Shown here piece by piece: positions 8,559-18,296 of a stretch of DNA of 64,000 nt; within the stretch, counting starts at the first letter, position 1, and each line of letters starts with the position of its first letter. Source of the stretch: an uncultured Burkholderiales bacterium (GTDB lineage: Bacteria > Pseudomonadota > Gammaproteobacteria > Burkholderiales > Burkholderiaceae_C). Under the pieces are notes generated by a model, which did no database searches, had not been told where the DNA came from, and worked only from the letters and a program-made list of their open reading frames with translations. The stretch lies in assembly GCA_937871935.1 (NCBI GenBank), contig CALMQI010000096.1, positions 1,397 to 65,396 on the forward strand, given 5' to 3'. Position numbers and translations under genes: made by a program.

Positions 8559-9659
8559 GTGGGCCCGGACGAGGTGATAGCACCTCGTCCCGATGTGCCC
8601 CCGGTGCTGCTGGTCGGGACGCATTCGATCCATGTGCGCCGCTTCGCCGCCGGCCTGTGTGCGGCCGGCCAGCCTGTGGTGATCGTGACGGATCGCCCGG
8701 AGCCGTTACTGGAACATGCCCTCGTGCTCGATCAGGTACAGGTTGACTTTTCTGTGCGCCGGCTCGGCACGGCAGCTGTCATCCGCCGCTGCATCACGCG
8801 ATGGGCGCCGCGGGTGGTCCACGCGCATCAGGCGAACTCGGTAGCCTGGCACGCGGCGCGGGCCTGTCGCGGTGGCAGTACGCCACTGGTGATCACGATC
8901 TGGGGCTCGGACGTGCTTAGCACGCCGCACGAGGGATTCCTGAAGCGTCAGATGGTGCGCTCGGCCTTGCGTTCTGCCGCGTTGTGGACTGCGGACGCCG
9001 CCGGACTGCTGCGCGTTGCCGCCGAACTGGCGCAGGTCGACCGGCCGACTGCACATGTGGTCATGGGTCTCGATCGCGTGCCGGACGATCTGTCGCAGAT
9101 CTGGCCCGACAAACAGGACTGGGTGCTCTCGTGTCGCCTGCACAAGCCGCTCTATCGCATCGACGCCGTGATCGCCGGCTTCTGCATGGCGGCCGAGCGC
9201 CGTCCGCAATGGCGTCTCGAGGTTGCCGCCACCGGCACCGAGACCGAGGCGCTGCGTCGCATGGCGGCCGACCTGAGCCACGGCGCCGCGGTGGTATTCA
9301 CCGGCATGCTGTCGGCCGATCAGCTCGAGCGCAGCTACCGCCGCAGCACCGTGTATGTCAGCTTTCCAGATCGTGACGGCACATCGGTGAGCCTGCTTGA
9401 GGCGATGGCGCATGGCTGCGTGCCAGTCGTTTCGGACCTGCCGGCCAACCGCGAGTGGATTGTCGACGGCACCAACGGGTTCGTCGTCGGCGGCACGCAG
9501 GACCTGGCCGTCGCCATCGAGCGGGCCATACACACCGGTCACTCGGCGCGTTGGCGCAGCGAGACCGCCGAGGCCAACCGTCGGCGGGTGGCGGACGAGG
9601 CGAGCTTTGCCGTCAACATCGATCAGTTTCTCGCGCAGTACGCGCGCCTCGGCCGATGA
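8559..9659 (+). CDS. glycosyltransferase family 4 (GT-B, retaining type)
   Basis: The C-terminal region has an EX7E-type motif (LLEAMAHGCVPVVSDLPANREWIVDGTNGFVV). The start is uncertain (GTG 8559). Confidence 0.75.
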   Translation: MGPDEVIAPRPDVPPVLLVGTHSIHVRRFAAGLCAAGQPVVIVTDRPEPLLEHALVLDQVQVDFSVRRLGTAAVIRRCITRWAPRVVHAHQANSVAWHAARACRGGSTPLVITIWGSDVLSTPHEGFLKRQMVRSALRSAALWTADAAGLLRVAAELAQVDRPTAHVVMGLDRVPDDLSQIWPDKQDWVLSCRLHKPLYRIDAVIAGFCMAAERRPQWRLEVAATGTETEALRRMAADLSHGAAVVFTGMLSADQLERSYRRSTVYVSFPDRDGTSVSLLEAMAHGCVPVVSDLPANREWIVDGTNGFVVGGTQDLAVAIERAIHTGHSARWRSETAEANRRRVADEASFAVNIDQFLAQYARLGR

Positions 9660-10813
9660 CCGGCGCCAACGGCCAGCACAGCATGCCCGCAGCACTGGCG
9701 GTGGTGCACCTGACCACGGTGCACGACCGCGACGATGTCCGCATCTTCCACAAAGAGTGTCGCAGCCTCGTCGCCGCCGGCTACCAGGTCACGCTGATCG
9801 TGGCCGACGGCTTGGGCGCCAACGAGCGCGATGGCGTGCACATTGTCGACATGGGCGCGCGCCCGCGCCATCGGCTGCGGCGCATCGCGCTGCAGCCTTG
9901 GCGCGCCTGGCTGGCGGTGCGGCGGGTCGGGCCGGCGGTGGTGCACTTCCACGATCCGGAGCTTTTGCCGATTGGGCTCGTCATGGCACTCGGTGGCTTG
10001 GCAGTGGTCTACGATGCGCACGAGGACGTGCCGCAGCAGATCCTCTCGAAGTACTGGCTGCCGGCCAAGCTGCGGCCGCTCGTCGCGTGGCTCTTCGCCC
10101 GCCTCGAGGCCTTCGTCGTGCGTCGGCTGGCCGGCGTGGTCGTGGCGACTCCTCCGATGCTGCCGCGTTTCGCGGCCCTGGGGTGTGACGCCGTCAGCGT
10201 GCGGAACTTCCCACTGCTCGAGGAGTTTGCCGAACCGGCGGACGCACCACGACAGTCACGGACGATCGTCTACGTGGGCGGCCTCACGCGCGTGAGGGGG
10301 GTGTTGCGGCTCGTCGAGGCGCTGGCGTTGATGCCGGGTGTCCAGTTGCTGTTGTGCGGTCGCTTCGCCGACGACGGCGCCGAGGCAGCCTGCCGCGCCT
10401 CGCCCGGCTGGAAGCAGGTGCACTATCTGGGGCACCTCGACCGCGCGGGCATTCAGGCCGTGCTCGCGCGGGCCGAGGCCGGCCTCGTCACTTTGTTGCC
10501 CGAGCCAAACCATTTGGTAGCACTGCCGGTCAAGATGTTCGAGTACATGGCAGCCGCGCTGCCCGTGGTGTCCTCGAACTTTCCGTTGTGGATGGAGATC
10601 CTCCTGGCTCACCGGTGCGGCGTCGGCATCGATCCGGCCGACCCAGCGGCGATTGCGCGCGGCGTGCTCGATTTGCTGGCCGATCCCGCGCGCGCCGAGA
10701 TGGGCCGTCGTGGCCGTGCCGCGGTGCTCGAGCAGTATCACTGGCAGCGCGAAGCCGACGTGCTCCTGGCACTGTATGAGCGAATCGGCGAACGGTTTGC
10801 GGGGGCCCGATGA
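9656..10813 (+). CDS. glycosyltransferase family 4
   Basis: ATG 9656 forms an ATGA overlap with the upstream stop. The N-terminus VVHLTTVHDRDDVRIFHKECRSLVAAGYQVTLIV and C-terminal MFEYMAAALPVVSSNFP are typical of GT4 EPS transferases. Confidence 0.75.
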   Translation: MTGANGQHSMPAALAVVHLTTVHDRDDVRIFHKECRSLVAAGYQVTLIVADGLGANERDGVHIVDMGARPRHRLRRIALQPWRAWLAVRRVGPAVVHFHDPELLPIGLVMALGGLAVVYDAHEDVPQQILSKYWLPAKLRPLVAWLFARLEAFVVRRLAGVVVATPPMLPRFAALGCDAVSVRNFPLLEEFAEPADAPRQSRTIVYVGGLTRVRGVLRLVEALALMPGVQLLLCGRFADDGAEAACRASPGWKQVHYLGHLDRAGIQAVLARAEAGLVTLLPEPNHLVALPVKMFEYMAAALPVVSSNFPLWMEILLAHRCGVGIDPADPAAIARGVLDLLADPARAEMGRRGRAAVLEQYHWQREADVLLALYERIGERFAGAR

Positions 10814-12027
10814 ACATCCTGCTGATCAACCACTATGCCGGCTCGTCGCTTCACGGCATGGAATTTCGCCCCTACTACCTTGCGCGCGAATGGGCGCGCA
10901 GCGGCCACCGCGTGCAGATCGTCGCGGCGGCCTACTCGCATCTGCGCGGCGTGCAGCCGTCGCCGGGTGACGAGATGATCGACGGCATCGCCTACCGCTG
11001 GCTGTCCGTGCCCGCATACCGGGGCAACGGTCTCGGACGGCTGCTCAACATCGGCACCTTCCTGACCCGCCTGTGGCTAGGGTGTGGCTATTGGGCGCGG
11101 GTCTTTCGGCCGGATCTGGTGATCGCCTCCAGCACCTACCCGATGGACTTCTGGGTCGCCCGCCGCATCGCGCGCCGGTCCGGCGCGAGGCTCGTGCACG
11201 AGGTGCACGACCTGTGGCCGCTGTCGCTCATCGAGGTCAGCGGGATGTCACCGCACCACCCGTTCGCGCGCCTGTGTCAGTGGGCCGAGGATGCGGCTTG
11301 CCGCGATGCCGACCTAGTGGTCTCGATGTTGCCCAATGTGCACCAGCACCTGGCCGCGCACGGGGCGAACCTGTCACGGCTGACGATCGTGCCCAACGGC
11401 GTGGCGCAGGAAGACTGGCAACGGCCGCCCGAGCCGCTTCGCGATGACATTGCGCATGCGATCGGGCGACTGCGCGCCGAGGGTCGAGTTGTGGTGGGTT
11501 ATGCGGGCTCGATGGGCTTGCCCAATGCGCTGGACACGTTGCTTGATGCGGCCCGGCTGGTGGCGAATGACGGGCTCGGCTTCGTCCTGGTCGGCGACGG
11601 CCATGAGCGCGAGCGCCTGGCTCGGCGCATCACGCAGGAGACAATCGCCCACGTGACGCTATGGCCGCCTATTCCGAAAGCGCAGATCCCGTCGTTCCTC
11701 GGCGCGATCGATACCGCCTACATCGGCTGGCAGCATCAGCCGATCTACCGCTTCGGCATCGCACCGAACAAGCTGATGGACTACATGATGGCTGGTTGCG
11801 CGGTGCTGCATTCGGTGGAGGCGGGCAACGATCCGGTGGCCGAGAGCGGCTGCGGCCTGAGCGTGGCACCTGAGTCGCCGTCCGCGGTGGCCGATGGACT
11901 GCTCCGCATGGCGGCCCTCGACGCGCCGGCCCGGCGGGCCATGGGCCAGCGCGGCCGCGAGTTCGTCCTGGCCCGTCACACCTACCCGGGTCTGGCGCGT
12001 CGATTCCTGGAAGCAGTGGCGGCATGA
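10810..12027 (+). CDS. glycosyltransferase family 4, WbuB-like
   Basis: The N-terminus MNILLINHYAGSSLHGMEFRPYYLAREWARSGHRVQIV is characteristic of WbuB-type GT4 enzymes. It has an ATGA overlap with the upstream gene. Confidence 0.75.
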   Translation: MNILLINHYAGSSLHGMEFRPYYLAREWARSGHRVQIVAAAYSHLRGVQPSPGDEMIDGIAYRWLSVPAYRGNGLGRLLNIGTFLTRLWLGCGYWARVFRPDLVIASSTYPMDFWVARRIARRSGARLVHEVHDLWPLSLIEVSGMSPHHPFARLCQWAEDAACRDADLVVSMLPNVHQHLAAHGANLSRLTIVPNGVAQEDWQRPPEPLRDDIAHAIGRLRAEGRVVVGYAGSMGLPNALDTLLDAARLVANDGLGFVLVGDGHERERLARRITQETIAHVTLWPPIPKAQIPSFLGAIDTAYIGWQHQPIYRFGIAPNKLMDYMMAGCAVLHSVEAGNDPVAESGCGLSVAPESPSAVADGLLRMAALDAPARRAMGQRGREFVLARHTYPGLARRFLEAVAA

Positions 12028-12731
12028 ACAAACCGCTGCCTCCCGGTGAGCCGCAGGCCGTGGCCGATCGCTATGCGCGGCGCAACGCCGGGGATCGCTA
12101 CAACATCCTCAAGCCAGATGTGTGGCAGACCGTCCAGGAGCGGCAACGCGCAATGCTCGAGCTTTTCGCGCGTCTGGGTTGGAGCGACCTCGCACAGCGC
12201 CGACTGCTCGAGGTGGGCTGCGGCAGCGGTGGCAACCTGCTCGAATTGCTGCGCCTCGGCTTTGCGCCGCGCAACCTGGTCGGCATCGAGTTGTTACCCG
12301 AGCGTTTCGCCCAGGCGATGCAGACGCTGCCGTCCGGTGTTGTGCTGATGCAGGGCGACGCGTCCGCGGTGAAGCTGCCCGACGAGAGCGAAGACATCGT
12401 GATGCAGTCCACCGTGTTCTCGTCGCTGCTCGACGCGCCGTTCCAGTGGCGCTTGGCGCAGACCATGTGGCGCTGGGTACGGCCCGGAGGCGGCGTGCTG
12501 TGGTACGACTTCACCTACGACAATCCGCGCAACTCAGATGTGCGCGGTGTGCCGGTGGCGCGCATTCGCGAGCTGTTTCCCAAAGGCCGCCTGCAGTACC
12601 GGCGTGTCACGCTGGCGCCCCCTATCGCGCGCCGGGTCTGCCGCCTGCATCCGAGTCTGTATTCCTGCTTCAACGCGCTGCCGTTCCTGCGCACGCATGT
12701 CCTGGCCTGGATAGAGAAACCCAAGTCATGA
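12024..12731 (+). CDS. class I SAM-dependent methyltransferase
   Basis: It carries motif I ([20 protein letters not shown]). It is overlap-coupled to genes on both sides. Confidence 0.8.
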   Translation: MNKPLPPGEPQAVADRYARRNAGDRYNILKPDVWQTVQERQRAMLELFARLGWSDLAQRRLLEVGCGSGGNLLELLRLGFAPRNLVGIELLPERFAQAMQTLPSGVVLMQGDASAVKLPDESEDIVMQSTVFSSLLDAPFQWRLAQTMWRWVRPGGGVLWYDFTYDNPRNSDVRGVPVARIRELFPKGRLQYRRVTLAPPIARRVCRLHPSLYSCFNALPFLRTHVLAWIEKPKS

Positions 12732-13891
12732 GCGATTCCTTCCTGCCCTTTGCGCTGCCCGACATCGGGGACGACGAGATCGCCGAAGTGGTCGACACCT
12801 TGAAGTCGGGCTGGGTCACCACCGGACCGAAGGCCAAGCGCTTCGAGTCCGACTTCGCGGCGTTCCTCGGTGACCGCGACTTGCACTGCGTGGCCGTGAA
12901 CTCAGCCACCGCCGGCTTGCACCTGGCACTGGAAGCCCTCGGCATCGGGCCCGGCGACGAGGTGATCACCACGACACACACGTTCACGGCGACCGCCGAG
13001 GTCGTGCGTTATCTCGGCGCCGATGTCCGTCTGGTCGATATCGATGCGCGCACGTTCAACATCGACCCGGCAGGGATCGAGGCCGTCGTGACACAGCGCA
13101 CCAAGGCCATCATCCCGGTGCACTACGGCGGCCTCGCAGCCGATATGCCGGCGATCCTGGACGTCGCCCGTCGACATGACCTCAAGGTGGTGGAAGATGC
13201 CGCGCATGCGCTGCCCACCACCAGCGGCGGTGCCCTGATAGGTACGCTCGACAGCGATGCCACGGTGTTCAGTTTCTATGCGAACAAGACGATGACCACC
13301 GGCGAGGGCGGCATGCTGGTTACGCGCAACGCCAGTCTGGCCGAACGTGCCCGCGTGATGCGGCTGCACGGCATCAGTCGCGATGCGTTCGACCGCTTCA
13401 CCGCGAAAGTGCCGAGCTGGTACTACGAGATCATCGCGCCCGGTTTCAAGTACAACCTGACCGACATCGCGGCGGCGCTGGGTCTGCAGCAACTGCGCAA
13501 AGTGCGCCTGTTCCAGCAAAGCCGCCAGCGCATTGCGGCGGCCTATCGTGGGGCACTGGCATCGTTGCCGCTCGTGCTGCCACCCGAGCCGCTGCCCGGC
13601 GACATGCACTCCTGGCACCTGTTCGTTGTTCGGCTGGGTGACGCAGCGACCATCGGCCGCGATGCCTTTATCGAGCGCATGTTCGCGGTGGGCATCGGCT
13701 GCAGCGTGCACTACGTCCCGCTGCATCTGCAACCCTATTGGCGTGACCGCTACGGGCTGACGCCGGAGCAGTTCCCGGCTAGTCAGCGCGCCTACGAGCG
13801 ACTGGTCAGCCTGCCGATGTACTCGCGCATGAGCGAGGCCGACGTAGCCCGGGTGGCCACTGCGGCGCAGGCCGCGCTGGCCGGAGCGTGA
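12728..13891 (+). CDS. DegT/DnrJ/EryC1 PLP aminotransferase (PglE/WecE-like, UDP-4-keto-6-deoxy-HexNAc C4 aminotransferase candidate)
   Basis: ATG 12728. Motifs include [46 protein letters not shown] and [19 protein letters not shown] (PLP lysine). PGT and 4,6-dehydratase genes lie adjacent. Confidence 0.75.
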   Translation: MSDSFLPFALPDIGDDEIAEVVDTLKSGWVTTGPKAKRFESDFAAFLGDRDLHCVAVNSATAGLHLALEALGIGPGDEVITTTHTFTATAEVVRYLGADVRLVDIDARTFNIDPAGIEAVVTQRTKAIIPVHYGGLAADMPAILDVARRHDLKVVEDAAHALPTTSGGALIGTLDSDATVFSFYANKTMTTGEGGMLVTRNASLAERARVMRLHGISRDAFDRFTAKVPSWYYEIIAPGFKYNLTDIAAALGLQQLRKVRLFQQSRQRIAAAYRGALASLPLVLPPEPLPGDMHSWHLFVVRLGDAATIGRDAFIERMFAVGIGCSVHYVPLHLQPYWRDRYGLTPEQFPASQRAYERLVSLPMYSRMSEADVARVATAAQAALAGA

Positions 13892-13922
13892 CGACAGCTG
13901 CGCGGGCGGCCGAGCCGCGAGC

Positions 13923-15389
13923 ATGCCGATGTTCAAACGCGGATTCGACTTCCTAGCCGCGCTGGCAGGTCTGGTGCTGCTGGCGCCGCTGTTCGCGCTG
14001 ATCGCACTGGCCATAAAGCTCGACTCGCCAGGCGGCCCGGTGTTCTTCCGCCAGGAGCGGGTCGGTTTGCGGGGCCGGCACTTCCGCATCTTCAAGTTCC
14101 GCAGCATGGGCACCCAGCCCGCGTCGCCAGGACCGCAGGTGACTGCAGCAGGCGATCCGCGCATTACGAGAGTCGGCTCGATCCTGCGGCGCACAAAGCT
14201 GGACGAACTGCCGCAACTGATCGACGTGCTGCGTGGCACGATGAGTCTAGTCGGGCCGCGACCCGAAGTGCCGCGCTACGTCGCGATGTATCCCGCCGAA
14301 TGGCGCTCGCGCTTGCTGTCGGTGCGGCCCGGCATGACCGACTTCGCCTCTGTACGCTACCACGACGAGAACGAGCGCCTGGCGCTCGCCGACGATCCCG
14401 AGCGCGAATACGTTCGTGTGATTCTGCCGACGAAGCTGCGCTACGCGCTGCAGTATGTGAACGAGCCGACGCTGGTCAACGACCTTCGGGTGCTCGGGCT
14501 GACGCTGCGCACGGTGGCGGCGCCGTCGGTGACCCTGCCCTGGAGCCTATCGATGAACGAAAGCAGAATATGGCCATGGCTCGACCAGGCCATGTCGCGC
14601 CTGCACCCGCGCAACCGGCTGTGGGCGACCGTGGCCGACGGCCTGATCGTGCTGGCTTGCTGGCACCTGACCTACCTGTTTCGGCTCGGCGTCGAGCGTT
14701 GGCAGCCGGGCCGTGCGTGGTACGACGATTGGGTGTCGCTCGGTGTCGCTGCGACCTACCTGATCTGCTCGGCCTTCACCGGCGTGCCGCGAGGCCCTTG
14801 GCGTTTTTTTGGCTTCGACGACGTTAAACGCATCGCCGCAGCCTGCCTGATTGCCGGCGCGTTGAGCGCCACCGTCATCCTGATGTCGCAGTTAAGCGCC
14901 GTCGCGCGCGCCGTGCTGCTGCTGCATCCCTTGTTCTGCCTGCTGGGCCTGTCATTGGCGCGCATGGCGTGGCGCATGGTGGCCGAGCACTCCCGGGCGC
15001 GCGTGCAGGGTGCGCAGGGCAAGCCCCGGCACGCCATTGTCATCGGCGCGGGCGAAGAGGCGCGGCGCCTGGTCGATGCGATCAACGGGCACGACGGCTG
15101 GACCGTGACGACCCTGCTCGATGACGACCCCGCGCTGCAGCGCCTGCGCATCGCCGGGGTCACGGTCCAAGGTCGCATCGCCGATTTGACGTTGCCGCAC
15201 ATCTTGGCCGGTGCCACGCACGTCATCGTGGCCATGCCAGAGGCCGACGATGCGCAGCGTCAGCGCGCCATGGCATTGGCCCGCCAGACCGGCCTGACGG
15301 TGATGAGCGTGCCGGGCAGCATGGAGATGCGTACCGAGCACAAGGGCGGCAAGGCCGCGGCGTCGCCGCCCTCGGGCTGGCCGGTCTGA
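13923..15389 (+). CDS. phosphoglycosyl transferase (small monotopic Bac_transf/PglC type) fused to a C-terminal 4-TM + Rossmann-like domain resembling the N-terminal half of PglF/WbpM
   Basis: Residues 1-~200 (FDFLAALAGLVLLAPLFALIALAIKLDSPGGPVFFRQERVG...KFRSM...DELPQLIDVLRGTMSLVGPRP) are a complete small PGT. Residues ~215-470 contain several hydrophobic helices, then AIVIGAGEEARRLVDAI...LLDDDPALQRLRIAGVTVQG...THVIVAMPEADDAQRQRAMALARQTGLTVMSVPG. This parallels residues ~20-260 of the neighbouring 634-aa dehydratase. Confidence 0.7.
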   Translation: MPMFKRGFDFLAALAGLVLLAPLFALIALAIKLDSPGGPVFFRQERVGLRGRHFRIFKFRSMGTQPASPGPQVTAAGDPRITRVGSILRRTKLDELPQLIDVLRGTMSLVGPRPEVPRYVAMYPAEWRSRLLSVRPGMTDFASVRYHDENERLALADDPEREYVRVILPTKLRYALQYVNEPTLVNDLRVLGLTLRTVAAPSVTLPWSLSMNESRIWPWLDQAMSRLHPRNRLWATVADGLIVLACWHLTYLFRLGVERWQPGRAWYDDWVSLGVAATYLICSAFTGVPRGPWRFFGFDDVKRIAAACLIAGALSATVILMSQLSAVARAVLLLHPLFCLLGLSLARMAWRMVAEHSRARVQGAQGKPRHAIVIGAGEEARRLVDAINGHDGWTVTTLLDDDPALQRLRIAGVTVQGRIADLTLPHILAGATHVIVAMPEADDAQRQRAMALARQTGLTVMSVPGSMEMRTEHKGGKAAASPPSGWPV

Positions 15390-15396
15390 GTCGCAT

Positions 15397-15418
15397 GGCC
15401 CGCCGCTAGCGGCGGGCC
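15397..15418. terminator. perfect 22-bp GC palindrome (GGCCCGCCGC-TA-GCGGCGGGCC) in the convergent gap; candidate bidirectional terminator hairpin
   Basis: Read directly. It lies between the stop of the PGT fusion (15387-15389) and overlaps the stop of the dehydratase gene (15406-15408). There is no flanking T/A tract. Confidence 0.4.
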
Positions 15419-17310
15419 AAGATGGCCGAGGCCTCGGCGTTCACCTCATCGGCCGGCCGGAACTCGGGCACCAGATTGCGCAATTGCCGTAGCAGTAGCT
15501 CCTCGTCGTCGCCTTCACAGGCTAGGCGCAGCGATGCGAGCATCTTGTCGAGCAAGGGCGGCTCGACGTGTCGTTCGCGCGCACAGCGAATGCGCGGGTG
15601 CTCGCTGGCCACCACGTTGTCGCCGATGAGAAGCTCCTCGTATAGCTTCTCGCCTGGGCGCAGTCCGACAGCCTGGATATCGATGCCGTCGGGATGCTCG
15701 CCGTTCTTCTCGTGCAAGCCCGACAGGCGGATCATCGATCGCGCCAGGTCGGCAATGCGCACGGGCTCACCCATGTCCAACACGAAGACCTCGCCCCCGC
15801 GCGCCATCGCGCCGGCCTGGATGACGAGCTGCGCCGCTTCTGGGATCAGCATGAAATACCGTGTGATCTCCGGGTGGGTGATGGTCACCGGTCCGCCGGC
15901 TTCGATCTGCCGCCTGAACAAGGGCACGACCGAGCCCGACGACCCCAGCACGTTGCCGAAGCGCACCATCGAGAACGTTGTTCGGCCGTTGGCGCGCAGC
16001 GCCGAGGCCTGGAAGACGAGTTCCGCGGCCCGCTTGCTGGCCCCCATCACGTTGGTCGGGCGGACAGCCTTGTCGGTGGAGATCAGCACGCAGGTCTCCA
16101 CGCCATGTCGCATTGCGGCCAGTGCAACCTGTTGCGAGCCGAAGACGTTGTTGCGGACGCCTTCGCGCGCATTGCCTTCGACCAGCGGCACATGCTTGTA
16201 GGCGGCGGCGTGATAGATGGTCTGCACCCCATGCGTCGCCATCAGCCGGCCGAGCAAGGCCTCGTCGAGGACCGAACCCAGGCAGGCGGCAAGGGGTACA
16301 CCGTGGCTGTTCTGCCGCAGCTCCTGCTCCACCGAATAGAGCGCGAACTCGGAGTGATCGAGCAGCACCAGGCGAGACGGGCGCTGTGCCACGATCTGGC
16401 GGCACAGCTCGGCGCCGATCGAACCGCCCGCGCCGGTGACCAGCACGCACTTGTTGTGGGTGTTGCGCGTGAACAGCGTCGGATTGGGCGGGACCGCGTC
16501 GCGGCCCAAGAGGTCGGCGACGTCGACCTCGCGGATGTCGGACACAGCCGCCTGGCCGTCGACGAGCTCGAACAGCCCCGGCAGGATCTTCACCGGCACG
16601 CCGGCGCCCTCGACCTTGCGGATGAGGCTGCGCTTCTGCGCTGCCGAGGCCGACGGGATGGCGACGACGATCTGCGCCACCTCGTGGCGGAAGACGGCCT
16701 CGGCCAGATCGTCGGGCGAATAGACCTTCAGGCCGGCAACGGTCTTGCGCTGGGCTTCGCGACGATCGTCGAGGAAGCACACGGCCTTGTATTCGGCACT
16801 GAACGACATCGCGAAGGCGAGTTGGGCGCCGGCTCCGCCGGCGCCGTAGATCGCAGTGCGCAAACGCGGCTGGTCGGCCGTCTTCATGCCGCGGCGCAAT
16901 ACCGCGCCGGCAGCGAAGCGCGAGGCGACCACGTAGGCAAAGGCCACGAACCAGTAGATCAGCAGGGCCGATCGGGGCAGAACGTGAATCTGCAGGAGCG
17001 CCGCGACCGAGTAGACCGAAAGCACGACGCCGCCGAGCGCCAGCCCGGCCGCGAGCAGGACGCGCAGATCGAGGTAACGCACCACGGTGCGGTACAGGCC
17101 GGCGAGACCCAGCACCGGCAGCGTCAGCAGCCCCAGCAGCACCTGGACATGCAGGGCCGTGTCGACGGCTCCCTCGATCGACCCCAGGCGCAGCACGACG
17201 GATGTCAGCATGCACAGCGGCAGGAAGACCGCATCGCTGCCGATCATGATCAGATCTTTGGTTCGCGGGCTCGCGTCGGTGAGTCGTCGCGCGAACTTGT
17301 ACAGGCTCAT
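15406..17310 (-). CDS. membrane-anchored UDP-N-acetylglucosamine 4,6-dehydratase (WbpM/PglF/CapD family, Polysacc_synt_2)
   Basis: 634 aa. N-terminal TM helices and a Rossmann-like region are followed by the extended-SDR catalytic domain (VLVTGAGGSIGAELCRQI...YHAAAYKHVP...NVMGASKRAAE). Confidence 0.9.
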   Translation of the reverse strand: MSLYKFARRLTDASPRTKDLIMIGSDAVFLPLCMLTSVVLRLGSIEGAVDTALHVQVLLGLLTLPVLGLAGLYRTVVRYLDLRVLLAAGLALGGVVLSVYSVAALLQIHVLPRSALLIYWFVAFAYVVASRFAAGAVLRRGMKTADQPRLRTAIYGAGGAGAQLAFAMSFSAEYKAVCFLDDRREAQRKTVAGLKVYSPDDLAEAVFRHEVAQIVVAIPSASAAQKRSLIRKVEGAGVPVKILPGLFELVDGQAAVSDIREVDVADLLGRDAVPPNPTLFTRNTHNKCVLVTGAGGSIGAELCRQIVAQRPSRLVLLDHSEFALYSVEQELRQNSHGVPLAACLGSVLDEALLGRLMATHGVQTIYHAAAYKHVPLVEGNAREGVRNNVFGSQQVALAAMRHGVETCVLISTDKAVRPTNVMGASKRAAELVFQASALRANGRTTFSMVRFGNVLGSSGSVVPLFRRQIEAGGPVTITHPEITRYFMLIPEAAQLVIQAGAMARGGEVFVLDMGEPVRIADLARSMIRLSGLHEKNGEHPDGIDIQAVGLRPGEKLYEELLIGDNVVASEHPRIRCARERHVEPPLLDKMLASLRLACEGDDEELLLRQLRNLVPEFRPADEVNAEASAILARR

Positions 17311-17441
17311 GGAGCGATATTTTCCCCCACGCCAGGTGGCAATTTGTTCGGGGACATCCCCAGCGCCAACGGGCCTGTCGCCGGAGCCGGGCCGCAGAGT
17401 CTGGCGTGCTAGGCTTCGCCGCTAGTCAGCCGCACCAGGAC

Positions 17442-18296
17442 ATGCGTTCGATCAAGCTCCTCTTCATCACCAATGTCCCGCAGGTGGCGTCGTTTGCCGT
17501 CGAACAAGGGGTCGATCGGATCTGGGTCGACCTAGAGATCATCGGCAAGCAGGAGCGGCAAGGTCACCTCGATTCGGTGATCAGCCGCCACGTGCCGGCC
17601 GACGTGACGCGCCTCCGACCTCACGTGCCACCGGGCGCGCTGCTGGTGCGCATCAATCCCGTGCACGGCGGTACCGCGGCAGAGGTCGACGATGCCATCG
17701 CGCGTGGCGCCGACATCCTGATGTTGCCCATGTTCACCCGGCCGGACGAGGTCGATTCGTTCTGCCGGACCGTCGCTGGGCGCGCTCGCGCCTGTCTGCT
17801 GGTGGAAACGATCGGCGCCATGGAGTCGCTGCACGAGTGCATCCGCGTGGCTGGCGTCGACGAGGTGCACATAGGCCTGAACGACCTGCACCTTCAACTC
17901 GGCTGCCGCTTCATGTTCGAACCGCTGGCCTCGGGCCTGGTCGACCAGATGGCCGGCATACTCAACGCGGCGGCTGTGCCCTTCGGCATCGGTGGCGTCG
18001 CTCGGGTCGGTGAAGGCCACCTGCCGGCTCAACTGCTGCTGGCCGAGCACGCGCGGCTCGGCTCGCAGGCGGTCATCCTGTCGCGCACCTTCCATCGCCA
18101 GGCGCGCAGCGTCGATGCCATTCGCGCGCAGATGGATTTCGCCGGCGAGATCGCCAAGTTGCGCCAGGCCTTCGCCGAGCACTGCGCCGCGAGCGCCCAG
18201 ACACTGGCCGCACGTCACCGCGAGGTAATCGCTATCGTTGCAGAGATCGTCGCGGCGCTGCCCCCCAGGCGGCCGGCGGGTGAAGTTCGTGCATGA
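17442..18296 (+). CDS. HpcH/HpaI aldolase / citrate-lyase-beta family TIM-barrel protein
   Basis: ATG 17442. The core LVRINPVHGGTAAEVDDAIARGADILMLPMFTRPDEVDSFCRTVAGRARACLLVETIGAMESLHECIRVAGVDEVHIGLNDLHLQLG matches the HpcH_HpaI pattern. Confidence 0.6.
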   Translation: MRSIKLLFITNVPQVASFAVEQGVDRIWVDLEIIGKQERQGHLDSVISRHVPADVTRLRPHVPPGALLVRINPVHGGTAAEVDDAIARGADILMLPMFTRPDEVDSFCRTVAGRARACLLVETIGAMESLHECIRVAGVDEVHIGLNDLHLQLGCRFMFEPLASGLVDQMAGILNAAAVPFGIGGVARVGEGHLPAQLLLAEHARLGSQAVILSRTFHRQARSVDAIRAQMDFAGEIAKLRQAFAEHCAASAQTLAARHREVIAIVAEIVAALPPRRPAGEVRA

